Positions 14,590 to 26,730 of a stretch of 64,000 bases of DNA are shown in pieces (positions within the stretch are counted from its first letter, which is position 1; each line of letters starts with the position of its first letter). A program made the position numbers and the translations under genes. This DNA is from Vicugna vicugna (lineage: Eukaryota), in assembly GCA_013265495.1 (NCBI GenBank), contig MU058444.1, positions 248,001 to 312,000 on the forward strand, written 5' to 3'. The notes beneath the pieces are model-generated. The model did no database searches and had not been told where the DNA came from. It saw only the letters and a list, made by a program, of their open reading frames with translations.

Positions 14590-14732
14590 CTCAGACAGGT
14601 AACTCGGCACCCCTATGCCCCGGTCTGCCCGTCTGTAAAAAGAGGGTAGTAATAGTTCCTCCGTCTCAAAGTCGTTTGAAGAGCAAATGAGTTCATGCGT
14701 GTAAAATGCTGGGAGCACGTCTGTTCCATAGA
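14590..14732 (+). mobile_element. MIR fragment
   Basis: gtctgtaaaaagagggtagtaatagttcct...gagcaaatgagttcatgcgtgtaaaatgct resembles the MIR core and 3' part. Confidence 0.55.
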
Positions 14733-15502
14733 CAGGCCCCCAGGACAAAGGGATGGTCCTCGTCATCATTATTGGCTATTTTGTGAAAGAGGCCGAAACC
14801 CCTTCACCTCCAAATCCGGTCTCTAGACTTGGTGGGAAAGATCCCTCTGAAACACAGGTGTGGTGGGTGACTTCCTGCTGCAGTGGCTTCTCCCCTGTTG
14901 GGACAACCTGGCCGTGTTTTCATCCCCCGTCCCTCCCCACCCGGAACCTGTGCTCCAGCAGCGCCCGGCTACCCTGGTTACCAACCACGCCGTCCTCCCG
15001 CACCTTCCTTTGTGTTCTGTCTCCTGTGAGGTACTCTCTCTCTCTGCCTCCTTGTCTGCCTCGCTGTCTGCATCCCATGGGACACAGCTCCAGCGATACC
15101 ATTCCCGTGGGAAGCCTCCTCTTACCTCCTCTCTGGTTGCTGGGGACACCAGTACCATTATTCTCACCTCTTTGGATCTCTGTCCCCCATTGAAGCTGGT
15201 TCCTTACAGCTACGCACCTTTCCTTTGGTTGCGTTCCCGCGGCCTGACAGGATGATGGGCACAGAGCAGACACGTGAGACATTTTGGAGCATCATTTGGG
15301 GGATGTTTTCAGCCCATCTGGGGAGGGCATTTAGAAATGGGTTTGGGCCAGACTGGGAAGTAGAGCTTGAAGATTGCTCCAAGGAGGGCCATGCTTTCTG
15401 CGGTCCTTGCCTGTCTGGGTGGCGTCACAGTGCGGGGAAAACAGTCCAGGCCTTGGACTCCGTCAGCCCTGGGCTCCTGTCCTTGCTCTGGCCGACACTG
15501 GC

Positions 15503-15560
15503 ATTGACCTTGGGCAGTTCACGTAATCTCTTGGGCCTCAGTTTCCTTATCTGAGCCGTG
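15503..15560 (+). mobile_element. MIR core fragment
   Basis: tgaccttgggcagttcacgtaatctcttgggcctcagtttccttatctg. Confidence 0.6.
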
Positions 15561-16389
15561 AAGCGGGTGGTGTCGGTGATGTTCAAGGTCTCTCTGAGTT
15601 CAGACCTCCCTGGGTGCTAATCTGATGAACGTTTATGACTTGAGGCCGCTGCGCGAACCTGAGGGAAGCGGTGCCCCATTGTGCGCGTGCTCTGGGAGGC
15701 CGCCCGGTGGGGCTGAGCAGAACCACAAGGCTAGGCTTAATCATCGTAATCAAGGGTTCGGTAATAAGAAGAAACTGTTCCAAATGCTTACCCTCCTGTG
15801 GTCAGTTGTTGATTCCCAGAACCAATTAGGGCAAAAAGATCAGCAGATTTTCTTTGGTTAAAGCACACACCCACCAGCGACGTTCGAACACGGAATTCTT
15901 TCCCCCTGTGTCAGTCGCGTTTCCCCAGCTTTTAGAAGCGAGGCGAAGCGGGCCGCTTGGCTGGGGCTTTGTCTCCTTAGTAAATGAACTCAGGCAGTTA
16001 GGAGGTGGCTGTTTGAAACTGCACTTCGGCTTGATTTGAGTACCCGAGAGACTGTATTTTGGGACACTTAATTGGGGGACCGATGCTTAGAACATCCGTG
16101 GGCTAACCTCACCCTGAGGTAGCGTTGCAGGGAGTCTGTTGGGATGAAAGCTGCCCACTCCTACTCTTCTGCCTCATCGCTCGCTTCCTGACCGGGTGTC
16201 GGTGGGTGCCGGTGTCGGGGCTTCCCGGGCCGCGTGGTTCAGGAGTGGGGGGAGGGGATGGACCTCTGCCGGGTCCTGCCAGACCCTCCTCCTTCCCCTG
16301 CTCGCTCCACGCACTCCTCGGTCCTGGCTGTGCTCCGGGCGCGGTTCCGTCTAGCAAGGTGGAGATCTTGCCTCGTCCTAACAGAGCGT

Positions 16390-17060
16390 CCATTCTGGGT
16401 AAGGGAGACAGCCAGGAAGTGGATGAGCAGATGAGAATTTCAGAGAGTGATGAGAGCTGTCAAGCACAGACAGGGAAGTGTGGCAGAGAGCAGAGGAGCA
16501 GAGGCTCCTGCTTGCTCTGAGAAGGCAACTCCGAGGAGGTGACCTTTGCACTGATGCTGTGAGGAGGAGCGTGCGTGTGGTGGAGGTCCTTGCAAAGCTT
16601 TGGGGATGGGTTTGGTGAGCTTGTGGGCTGGACAAGGTCAGTGTGGCTGGCGTGACAGGGACGGGGAGCAGGAAATAAAGATGAAGGTGTAGGTGGGGCT
16701 CAGAGACCCTGGGGAGGAGTTTGGAGGTTTTTTCCATCCGTGGGAGGTGTGGCAGATCATAAGCCCATTAGTGTCTCACTGATGCTTTAGAAAGTTCACT
16801 CTCCCGGCTGGTTAGAGTTTCGTCTAGAGGGAGGGAGGGAGGGTTCTCAGAAGCAGGGAGACCTGGAGAGAGGAGCTGATAGTGAGTAATGAGATTTTTG
16901 GTGGGGGTAGAGTCAACAGGACCTGCTGATGTATCGGATGTAGATTTTTGGTTTCATCAGCTGAGGGCTGGCAGATTCCTCGCCAGGTTTGGGAGGACTA
17001 GGAAAGGGAATACTGCAGCCGTGTAGGGGCTGGTCAATACTTGAGTTTGGGCATGAGACC
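16390..17060 (-). mobile_element. Degenerate L2 LINE
   Basis: Purine-rich antisense L2 motifs: gaggaggtgacctttg, aaggtcagtgtggctgg, tttagaaagttcactct, gaagcagggagacc. Confidence 0.5.
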
Positions 17061-17094
17061 CGGACCTTGGGCCAGGAAGCCTGGGTAACCATAA

Positions 17095-17300
17095 CTGCAA
17101 TAAAGACAGCAGGCGTTTTTTGAGTAACATGCCTCAAACTGTGCTTTGCCCAAACACTTCCCACCGTGAACTCATTCAGCCCTCCAACAAACGTAACTTC
17201 ATTTTACGTAAATAGCTTTGTTCCACTCCTGAGGGCACCAGGATGCAGAGAGGTGAATTCACTTGCTGGAGTCACACAGGCAGTACACAGAAGAGCTGGG
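17095..17300 (-). mobile_element. MIR SINE (diverged)
   Basis: aactcattcagccctccaacaa...cagagaggtgaattcacttgctggagtcacacag. Confidence 0.5.
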
Positions 17301-20101
17301 GGCAGACTGATGGGGACCAGCGTTCCTGGCCTGCGGGGCTGCTGTCCCTCAAGGTCAAACACACAGAGACCACGCTGTCCGCACCAAAAACCACCCGACG
17401 TGCTGGGAGTTGTGTCCGCCCTGTGAAAAAGGAGCAGAAAGACAGCTGTGACCCCCAGGTTATTTTTTGCACCGTTAAGAAAAAGAGCACCGAGCTGAAA
17501 TATCATTGTAAGAATTAGGTCACCAAATATTAATGTGCTTATTCATGCATAATCTTTCAGAGAAGATTAGTGGCACCCATTCTTTGGGGCTGGGTTTTTT
17601 ACCTTCTGGAGTGAACTCGAGCACTGGGTTTATCATAGGAGGTGCCCCCACGGTCCTTCCACCCCCAGTTCTCCGGCTGTTGCACTGTTTATCTCTGTTC
17701 TCAAAGTGTGATGTCAGGTGATTAGCCGGTGAGGCAGGTGTTAGTGTTGACTGTCGAAGTCAGAATTATAGAAAGGTTCCCGTGTACTTTCTGGAACCAT
17801 CCATATTCCAGTACCTCTACAGATGGATGCTAATAAGATCAGGGTAATAGAAGCCATGAGTTTTATACTGGACTCACCTTACCTGGTAGCACGCTTCAGT
17901 TCTTCACCTGCCTCGGCTCTCCACAGCTTCGTTCTAGAACGGCAGGGGGCGGGGAAGGTGTCCCATCTGTGCGCCGGCTCTCTCCGGTAACAGGAGTGAC
18001 CCGCTGACGTTACCCAGAGGCCAGAGGAAGGCGAATCCCAGCCCTCCTCTTCAACCTCACCTGTGCCCATCCCTCTGCAGAACTTACTGCTTAAAAAGAA
18101 AGTCTGCATAAGGATGTCTGGAAGGTAAATAGAGCAGAGGGTCGTTTCTTGTGAGATGTAGTTCGTACGGTCTTTTGAAAAACTTAAATATTCTTTCGGT
18201 TTGCAGGTTTAGGTCCAAAGTCAACCCAGCCCAGGAGAAGCGGCGGGTCACTTCTGTGGTTTCAGTTCCTGGTCGTTTCCCCTGAGAGAGGGGTTCAGCC
18301 CTGGAGAAACAGGAATGATATTCGGAATTCTCTTGGCTGCAGGTAACAAACACCTCAGCCTAAAATGCCGAAGTGAAAGAGGCCCTTAGGGGTCTTGTGC
18401 ATCAGGAGGCCTGAAGGAAGGTGGCCTTAGGGTCAGTTCAGCAGGTGCGCAGTGCCGGGCGCTGAGGGGACGCCTGAGTGACCTGGCAGGGTGGCACTCC
18501 GGGGAAGGGCTTACGCAGAGTCCGGCACCTAGCGGGGCAGGGAGGAGGATGGGGATGGGCACGGCTCAGTGCCGGCTGGTCCTCGCAGACACCCTCCCGT
18601 CCCCTCCATGGCAGTAGTGCTTGTGATGTCTCTCTTCAGTTTCCCCCTGGGTCTTCTGCCAGAGACACAGGGGCCATCTGCTCAGGGAGCATCTCTAGCA
18701 GAGTTGGTTTCTCTTCCAAGTTATTCTCAAAAAAAGGGAAAAGCTTGTCCACGTAGACGTTTCCCTAGGTTTTATTTTCACTGTGCATGAGAGAAAATTT
18801 GTGAGAGAAGAAAAACCCAGGTAAATGAGATATTACAAAGATTAAATTGCCAATTGGACTTAGTTTCTAAGTTGTTAAATTCTGACGTGCTGAGGACCTC
18901 CTAGCACGTTCTGACATCCTCTCTGTTGCATTTCTGTGACTCAGTGCCTGTGTTGGTGCCGTGTGCTCTGCTTGGAAACCTCTTCTCCAGTGCAGGTGCC
19001 TCCTCCTCCGGGAAGCCCTCCAGGTCTGCTACCACACTCATGTCCCTGTGGTCTGCCAGCCCCTGTGGGCCCACCTCTTTCACGCTGTTCATCGGGGTTC
19101 GACTTAGCTGTGTATCTGTTTATTTCCCTCGGTTTGTCATCAGAGGCTTGCTTTATGCATCTCTGTCCCAGGCACTGGGGGACTTAGTGCCTTATTCATG
19201 GGAAATGTTCAGAAAAATGTCTGTTACATTGAAAAAAGTGATTTTTAGGGAGTAGCTGAGATACATAAATCCTCAGATACTCACTTTGGTACAGCGAGGG
19301 GCTGGCAGTACTGCGGTCCTGCCTCTGTCAAGTGCAGCCTGAGCCTGGCATCTCCAGGGGGACCCACCAGCGGCCAGTGAAGTGTCTGGTGGTGGAGGTT
19401 TGCTGTCCACCCGGGCGGGCTGGGGCCAAGTCAGTGCATCCTGCAGGTGCGGGGTGGGGTCCCTGTCGCCCAGAGAGAACATGGCATCAGTCTGCCTCTT
19501 GGCAGAGGCATGAACGAGGAGTGAAGTGGCCAAATGGTGGGGAGTGTCTTGCCCACGTGCTGGACGCCTGCCCTTGCCTTGGAAGCGTGGAGGGAGGACT
19601 CGCTACAGTGTGGAAACACCGATAGCAGCCCTTTCGTGGCTGCCTGCAGTGTCTCCGACACACGACTAGGCACTTAAACAGGATTTGCCTGGTCCTCAGG
19701 TCAGCCTTCGTGGGAGGGTTTTTGAAAGCCCTCTTTTCCAGATGAGAACACTGAGCCTGGGGAGATGGGCCAGGGGACATTGGGGAGGAGGCCGTGGGAG
19801 AGGTCGTAGCCAGATCGGGACATCGGAGTGGGAGGTGAGCAAAAGGAAGCCGCTTGGGGCGAGGTCAGGATTCCAGGGTGTGACCCAGGAGAGGGTGGTG
19901 ACGCACATGGGAGTGTGGGTCATCGGCCTCCTAGAAGCCCGGGAGCCAGCAGGTTTGTCCGTCGCTGGGATCAGCACCCTTGCTCAGGCAGGGGGAGCAG
20001 GTGGGCAGTGCAGGATGGGGTGGTCCAGCCTGAGACAAGCTGGGGGGCAAGGGGGGCTCACGCCACGTCTAAGGACAGCTGCCCTGACCTGCAGGTGGGG
20101 A

Positions 20102-20158
20102 TGTTACCCACCTGTTACCTGTTACCACCTGTTACCTGGTAACCTCCTGTTACCACCT
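20102..20158. repeat. Short irregular TGTTACC(ACC) tandem array
   Basis: tgttacccacctgttacctgttaccacctgttacctggtaacctcctgttaccacc, read directly. Confidence 0.85.
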
Positions 20159-21653
20159 TACTCAGTGCTTTTTTTTTTCCTGGAAAACAAGACTTTTTTG
20201 GTGAAGTCTGCCGATTTTCAGGCGTTGACATCTTATGTGTATCACGTGCGTGGGCTGGATTCGGCTGCGTGGGCTCGTCTACCCCTCCACTCTGCAAACC
20301 CTTGACATCCCTAGGACGGAGGCAGGAGGTGGCGGTGGGGGGACGGCTGTGCGTCCGATCCCTTGGTCTTGGTAGCACCTTACCTTCCTGGACATGAGTC
20401 TGGAGGATGGAGGTTTTAAAGATAAAGACCTAATGAGCTAATTAGTTTTTCAGTTGGCGCTAATAGGAGATGATAGTAATCTGAAGCCTTTGGCTCAAGA
20501 GGATCGTAGACTGATACAAACGTGCCAACTCCTTCTCAAGTGCCAGTCGCCTTCTTCTTTCCCTCTGCATAGAGGAGCCCTCTTTTTCAATCCTGGGTTT
20601 TTTTTTTCTCTTTTTCTTTTTCCTGGTTTGCTTCTTGGCTCCTACTGCCTCTTGTGCCTCTCCTCAGCATTCTCTTTCCTGACCCTTTCCCCTTGTCTCT
20701 TATTTCTGTATTTATGTCTCCATCCCCAATTCATTTTATCTCAGAGTTCAGTTCGAGTGAGTTGGTTAATGCAACGTGTAGGTCAGTGTTTCAGGGTACT
20801 GATTCAGGAAAATTGTGTATCCTCTTTTCTTAGTTTTTTTTAAACTCGGTGAATTGACTGTGTGAGTCGAGGTTACAGGTGGGAAAATTCGGCCCTTGCA
20901 CACCCAGAGGCATGTCTTGTCCTTCACGCTAATCACCCTGGGGGTTTTACTCAAATTTCAGAGCGCTATTTCTCCTCTGGCCACCTCCACATAGCTCTGA
21001 CCATCACTGGTGTTTGCAAGTCTTTATCCCTTTGAAGGGATGTTTGACATTTGGGACAGGCCAGGAGTCAAGACTATAAAGAATAAAGTGGTGAATTTTT
21101 CTGAAATGGGCCCTAGTCCTGTGGGAAGAGGAGATGCGGTCCTGAAGCACTGTCCGGGGTCAGCGGTACTGCTGGGGGGCGGGAGGCCAGGGGTCCTTGA
21201 GGTGGCTTCAGGGGGAGGGGCACAGATGTGAGAGCCTGGAGTCTGTGCCCGTTTCCCCTCCATTTGCAGCCTGGCTTTAAAGACTTTGCATCCAGACACA
21301 CTGTATTTGTCAAGTGACCAACAGCTAAATTGTCCTGTTTCCAAAGACACCTTGGTTAGCCCTTTAGTTTATCTTCCGGAGATAAAGGTACCATTTCTAT
21401 TGGCCTTTGAAATCCTGCAGGGGACTCTGAGACCTGCGTTGCCATCCTGGTGGGCCCGTTGGGCTCTGGAAGCTCTGGGTGGGGAACCACCGGGGTGTGG
21501 GTTTCCCAGGTGACACTGTCACCTGATGACGTGCACGTGGCCGAGGGGCGCACGGTGGTCAACCTGCACGCCTGAGTCAGGCTCCATGCACGCCTCGCAT
21601 GTGTCTGGCGCAGGACCGAGCTGCTCTCTCTAACCGTTCCCTGGCAGGCACCG

Positions 21654-21826
21654 CAGTGGTTTAGACTCCATTCTTTATCAGAAGCACCTGGGGAGTTCTT
21701 TTCAGACCTGCGGATTCTGGAGACGTTATTTCCAGAAATGCTGGTTCATTATGTGGGGCTGGGGGCAGCAGGGGCCCCAGGTGAGTGGTGCTGGGGGCCC
21801 CTCGGCCGCCCCATGAGAGACACTGG
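21654..21826. mobile_element. MER5-like hAT-Charlie MITE (diverged)
   Basis: cagtggtt...atcagaagcacctggggag...ccccaggtga...gagagacactg, with CAGTG/CACTG-type termini. Confidence 0.4.
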
Positions 21827-24800
21827 TCGAGTGGGCGTCAGGGTTGGCCAGGGTGGGTCCCTGTCCTGCCTCCTCCGTACTGGCCACGTGATCTCGCCAA
21901 GTGCCTTAAACGTCTCCGAGCCTCAATTCTCTGGTCCTTGACATGAGATGGGTGATGCCATCTGGGGCGTGCAGGCACCCAGCAGGTGCTCCCGGCTCTG
22001 CTTGGCACATGTTCTTCACCGAGGGTTGGAAATAAGGGTCCCCACCCATGCTCTGGATTTCTGGTGCATTTGTCAGAGGGGAATACAGCCAACCCTGAGG
22101 GCGAGGATCGTATTTGACACTTTCTCCTCTGTCCTCCAGCCCACTGCCCTGGGGGGCTGCTGGATGATGGGGCCCCTTTGTCCCGTGTGACCCAGGAGTT
22201 GGTGGCTCAGCCTGTAGGTCCGGCTCTGCCCCTTAACGGCCACAACCTGAGATTTCTGTGGTTCTCTGTTCTTCCTCCCACGTACTGGCATGGGTGCACA
22301 TGTGTGTGGAAACACACGTGGACACGCATGCACAGCTGAGCTGGTCCTGAGGAGCTGTCTCTGAGGCCTGGCTCAGGCCCAGTGCTCACTGCTGGGTATA
22401 CTGAAATATGGTGACAATTGTCTGTGGGCCTGGCCCGCCGAGGCCCAGGGACTCTCCAGCCCCTAAGAGGTGGCCTCTGCCCGCTGCATCTGCAGGGAAA
22501 TCAACGCGTCCATCTCCGCCACAAGCCTGGATCGGGCCCTCCTTCCCCTGCGTCCTCAGGCCCCGGAGGCGCGGGGCCCACCGCACAGTTGTCTCCGTGA
22601 AGCCTGGGCTTCGACAACATGACTTTGATCTTCCTGGAAGACAGGCAGGCCAGTTTTTTCACAAAACGGTTTATTTTTGTTTGTTTTCAGTGCTAACACG
22701 GAGAAAGAATGCCTTGGTTTTGGCCCAGGGTGCTGTCAAAACACACCACTTCCCGCGTCCAGGATGTGAGCAGGTTTAACAAGTGCCCAAGCGCGCGCGG
22801 CGTGGAGTTCCCAGCTCCCCTCTGCGACTTTCCAGCAGGGGTAACTTGGCATTCTCTTCTTGCTAATCATTTAAAATTCTCATCAAAAGCTTTGCTCTCA
22901 TCACGTGAGCTCTTTTGGCAAATGCAGGAGGGTGTGTCTAATGTAATTCCAGTTTCAGAAGCAGTTTTTTAAGTCAAAGAGGCGTTAATCTTCAATGCCT
23001 TTGACGTTGGGCTGTTTATTAGAATTTTGAGCATGTAAATTATGGCGAGCATGGTACCAGAGGGCGCGTTTTTTTCTTTTTTCTCTAGTTTAGTTTGCTT
23101 CCTCATTCTTGGCTTGGTAATTATGTTTGGGATAATTTAGGCTTGGACTACAAAACAGATGTCAGGTCTGTGTTCTCTGTCACACAGTAATAATTTTCTA
23201 TACATTACCCAGCAGAACATACAAGTGTATTTTAGGAATTGAGCCCCGTCATCTCTCTCCCAACAGGCTCTAGAATCTTAAGCAAAAGAAACAGGTGGGG
23301 ATAGAGAAATCACTGAGATGGAAACTCTAAGTGCCTGGTGACTATAGATATCACTAAAAAGCCCCTTTTTATTTTATTTTACTTTATTTTATTTTATTTT
23401 TTTTTAGTTCAAGTTACCAGAATCAAAATAGAGCTAAATTGGTAGTCATTGCTTTTGAATATAGCTTTATTTCAATAGAGTATTTAAATCGTGTGTTAAA
23501 GTTCCTTATTCAAAACTTTAATGATTTCCTAGGATTCTTTGTAAACTAAATATTTCTTTGAAAGTAAGCTCCTGAAGACTAACGGGAAGGGCGATGGACC
23601 CGGACAACAGCCTTCTTTCCTGTGTTTTTTTTTCTGATTCATACGTTTTATGAATGCTTTCTGTGTGCCTGACAATCTGAAACAGTATGTGAGCCCCCAG
23701 AAACCCCAGCTCACTTCACCCTTACGAGCGACTCACCACATTAGTTTCATGGTAATAGATTAAGACAGAGAAGACAGCCAGAACCTTAATTAGTGCTTCA
23801 ACTTTTAAGCTAAAAAAATTCACTTGAGTTGGTATTTTTAATACTCACAGTTGATTTTGGGGGGGCAGTATTTTTTTTTTTTTATTCTGCCTCTGATTAC
23901 AGAAATGATATTGATGCCTGTTTTGGAAACCTGGGAAGATACAGAAATGTTTAACAAGGCAGAAGAAAACAGCCCCCCCCCCCATAACCACATCTGAGAT
24001 TCCAGCCCCTGACTTCAGTGAGAGGGGCCGACTGTCTAGGGCCTCACATCAGGGCATCCAGCCGGCTCCCCCAGGAGCCCAGGGGGCATCCTTCATCCTA
24101 GAGCATCCCCGCTGCCACCTGGCATCCTGGTAAACGCCTTCCTTTCTGCCTGACTGGGAGCTTCTCGAGGGAGGGGCTGCCTTAGTTTTTGTATGCCTAG
24201 AACCTGGAGTAACGTAGGTGCTCACAAATGGTTACGTTGAAACTACATTCCATGCATTTTGCGTTCACACCATTTAATTGCAGACAGCCAGCACTTATTT
24301 TCTTGAACTGTCTACAGATATTTCAGAGAGCATTTTATATTTTGAATATGTAAAATACGGACATGGTAAAGCATTAAGACAGCGCCAAAGTGTGCACAGC
24401 GAGAAGCCGTTCCCCTTCCATCCGCGTCCCAGGCCGGCGCTTCCCTTCGGAGGGGAAAGCCGCTCTTCCAGGACTTAGTATCTTGCCAGAGGTGGTGTGT
24501 TTCCACACAAACATCAATGCAGAGCATCTTTTAAGAAACCTGCCTTTGGGCTGGAGGGCGGGGGTGGACCTGTGAGCGGCAGGGCTCTTCTGGAAGCCTT
24601 CCTGCCCTGTCTCTGAATGGGACAGCTCAGCGCAGCCATTCCAGCTCTGGCATTCTGCTTTAAAAATAGAAATACCAGTGTGTCAAGATATAGATTGAAG
24701 AATTTTTATTACTGCATTTTTTTTTTGTGGTGGCGAAAAAAAAGGAAAAAGGAACAGAAAAAAAAAAATAAAGGAAAACGAAGTAAAGTCCATGCCTGTC

Positions 24801-26707
24801 CGGGCAGCGGCTGAGTGAGTTGTACGCACACCGTGGCTGTGGTGGGGCCCTTATCAAGACGAGGTGGCGCGTTTTTCATCGGTTGTCACAGAAGAACTTT
24901 CTCAATGTGTTTTTATGTCTCCAAAGAAAGATGGGGAGAAGATCGTACAGTATCTGCTTTTTACAGAATAATGACAGACTCTCCAAGGGGCTGCGTGTGT
25001 TTGTGTGTTTACGTGTGGCATCACAAGTGTGGAGAAGGGTGGGCGGAGCGAGTTAAGTCAAGAACACTTGCTAAGTTCAGTTTCTTTTCATATAAATCTT
25101 TCCTGGAATAGGCATTGTGCTCATGGAAGTGATCTGCTAAATCTCCTTCCCTTCATTGTAGGAAATGGCAGTGGGCACTCAAATCCTCCCTTAATCTCAT
25201 CTTACGAGGGCTTGTATCTTTTGGGGTCTGAGTCATCCGAGGCAGAGCGCAGGGACTCCTGTGGGACAGTGAACTGCTTTGGCACGACACGGGTGCCTGG
25301 GGTTTGAAGTCGGCGGGGAGGCACTGACCGCCTGCAGCTACCGAGCAGGAGGGCCTTGGAGGGCAGGTACCGCACGGCCGGCTGAGCAGCTGAGAGGTGG
25401 CAGGAGGGACCCACGGGGGCGATGATCAGATTCCCCCAGGAAAACTGTCGGACCAGAAAAAAAAGTCATTGAGGTCCTGAAAGAGCGAGAGACCATTCAG
25501 GGTCCGACGATCCCTGGAGGGTCTTGCCAGAAAGGTGAGTTAGGTGGCAGAGGGAGGCGCTGCTGGAGGTTACATCGCGGAGGAATGACGTTCGGGCGTC
25601 TTTGCTGGGTTGCATCATGACACAGCCCTTTGTTGCCCTTCACGTCATCTCGTTATCCTTCCCTGGGTGGATGCTGGGGGCAGGTAGGGCCAGGAAGAGT
25701 GGGAGGGAGGTGCCTTTCAAGGAAGCCTTGAAAAGTACCCGCAGAAGGTGATGTCCCTGCCCCCTCTTCCCAGAAGTGCCTGAACGCTTACTGAGTGAAT
25801 GTATGTCAGTCCTGGTTCGGAGAAATCTAACTTGCTGTTACACAGCCCTAAGTTATTTCGTCTTGGGTTGAGACGTCTGCTCACACATCTGTAAAGGACC
25901 CTAGAACCTCCACTCTGGACCCAAGAGATGGAAAGTCAGATGGAAGGGACGGGGGTGGCGGCGGCTCTGCTCGTGTTGGCAGGAAAGCACGCCACCATCC
26001 TCTCTGCCTGGAATCTACCCTGCTCCCTTCTGTAGAATCTGGTCTTCAGTGAAACATTTCTAGTTCATTTATTTTCCCTAGTTATGCTCCTAGAGGAGAT
26101 GTTACATTTCACCAGAGACCTTTTTAAAACTCATTGCTGCAAATGAGATTTTCCCACAAGCCAGAGACCCGGCCGCACCCCCCCACACCCCCCCGTTCTG
26201 GGCACAATACTGTCATGAGCGCAGTCTGAGAGCGTGTAAATGCACGTGTAACTACTGGATTCCTATCGTGTTCAGGGTTTCATTGATATGTGTAGTTCTG
26301 GGTTATATCACGTTTGGTTAAATCCATCCCCACGTCTTGTTCATGAGTGTCGCTCTGGGCCTAGTCTCCATTATTCTGTACAAAATTTTAGTTTATTTTG
26401 GGGGTGGGAGGGTCCAAATGCAAGCCTTCGCATTTCTTGGGGCTAAATTTAATCTCATTAGACTAAGCCCATTAGGGCTCCTGTAGCTGCCTTTTTTTCC
26501 CCACCTGATTTTCTTACAACTTACTTCCTAGTTTCAGGGACCCTGAAAACCAAAGAAAAAGGTGTCACCAAATAGAAGGAAAGCAGGAGCCGGAGACTGA
26601 ACGTAGACCTCTGTCCGGCTGTGTGCTGGTGGTGTCACTTCCTGCTGACTATGCGGCCTCTCTGAACTTCCACCCCCATGCTCTTCTCTTGGTATGAGAT
26701 GCAAACA

Positions 26708-26730
26708 TCTCTCTCTCTCTCTCTCTCTCT
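26708..26730. repeat. (CT)n microsatellite
   Basis: Run of about 11 CT units. Confidence 0.9.

Noticed and set aside
22298..22320. Hairpin catgtgtgt-GGAA-acacacgtg as a structured ncRNA or miRNA
   Set aside because: The stem is only 9 bp and made of TG/CA dinucleotide sequence. It is too short and expected by chance.
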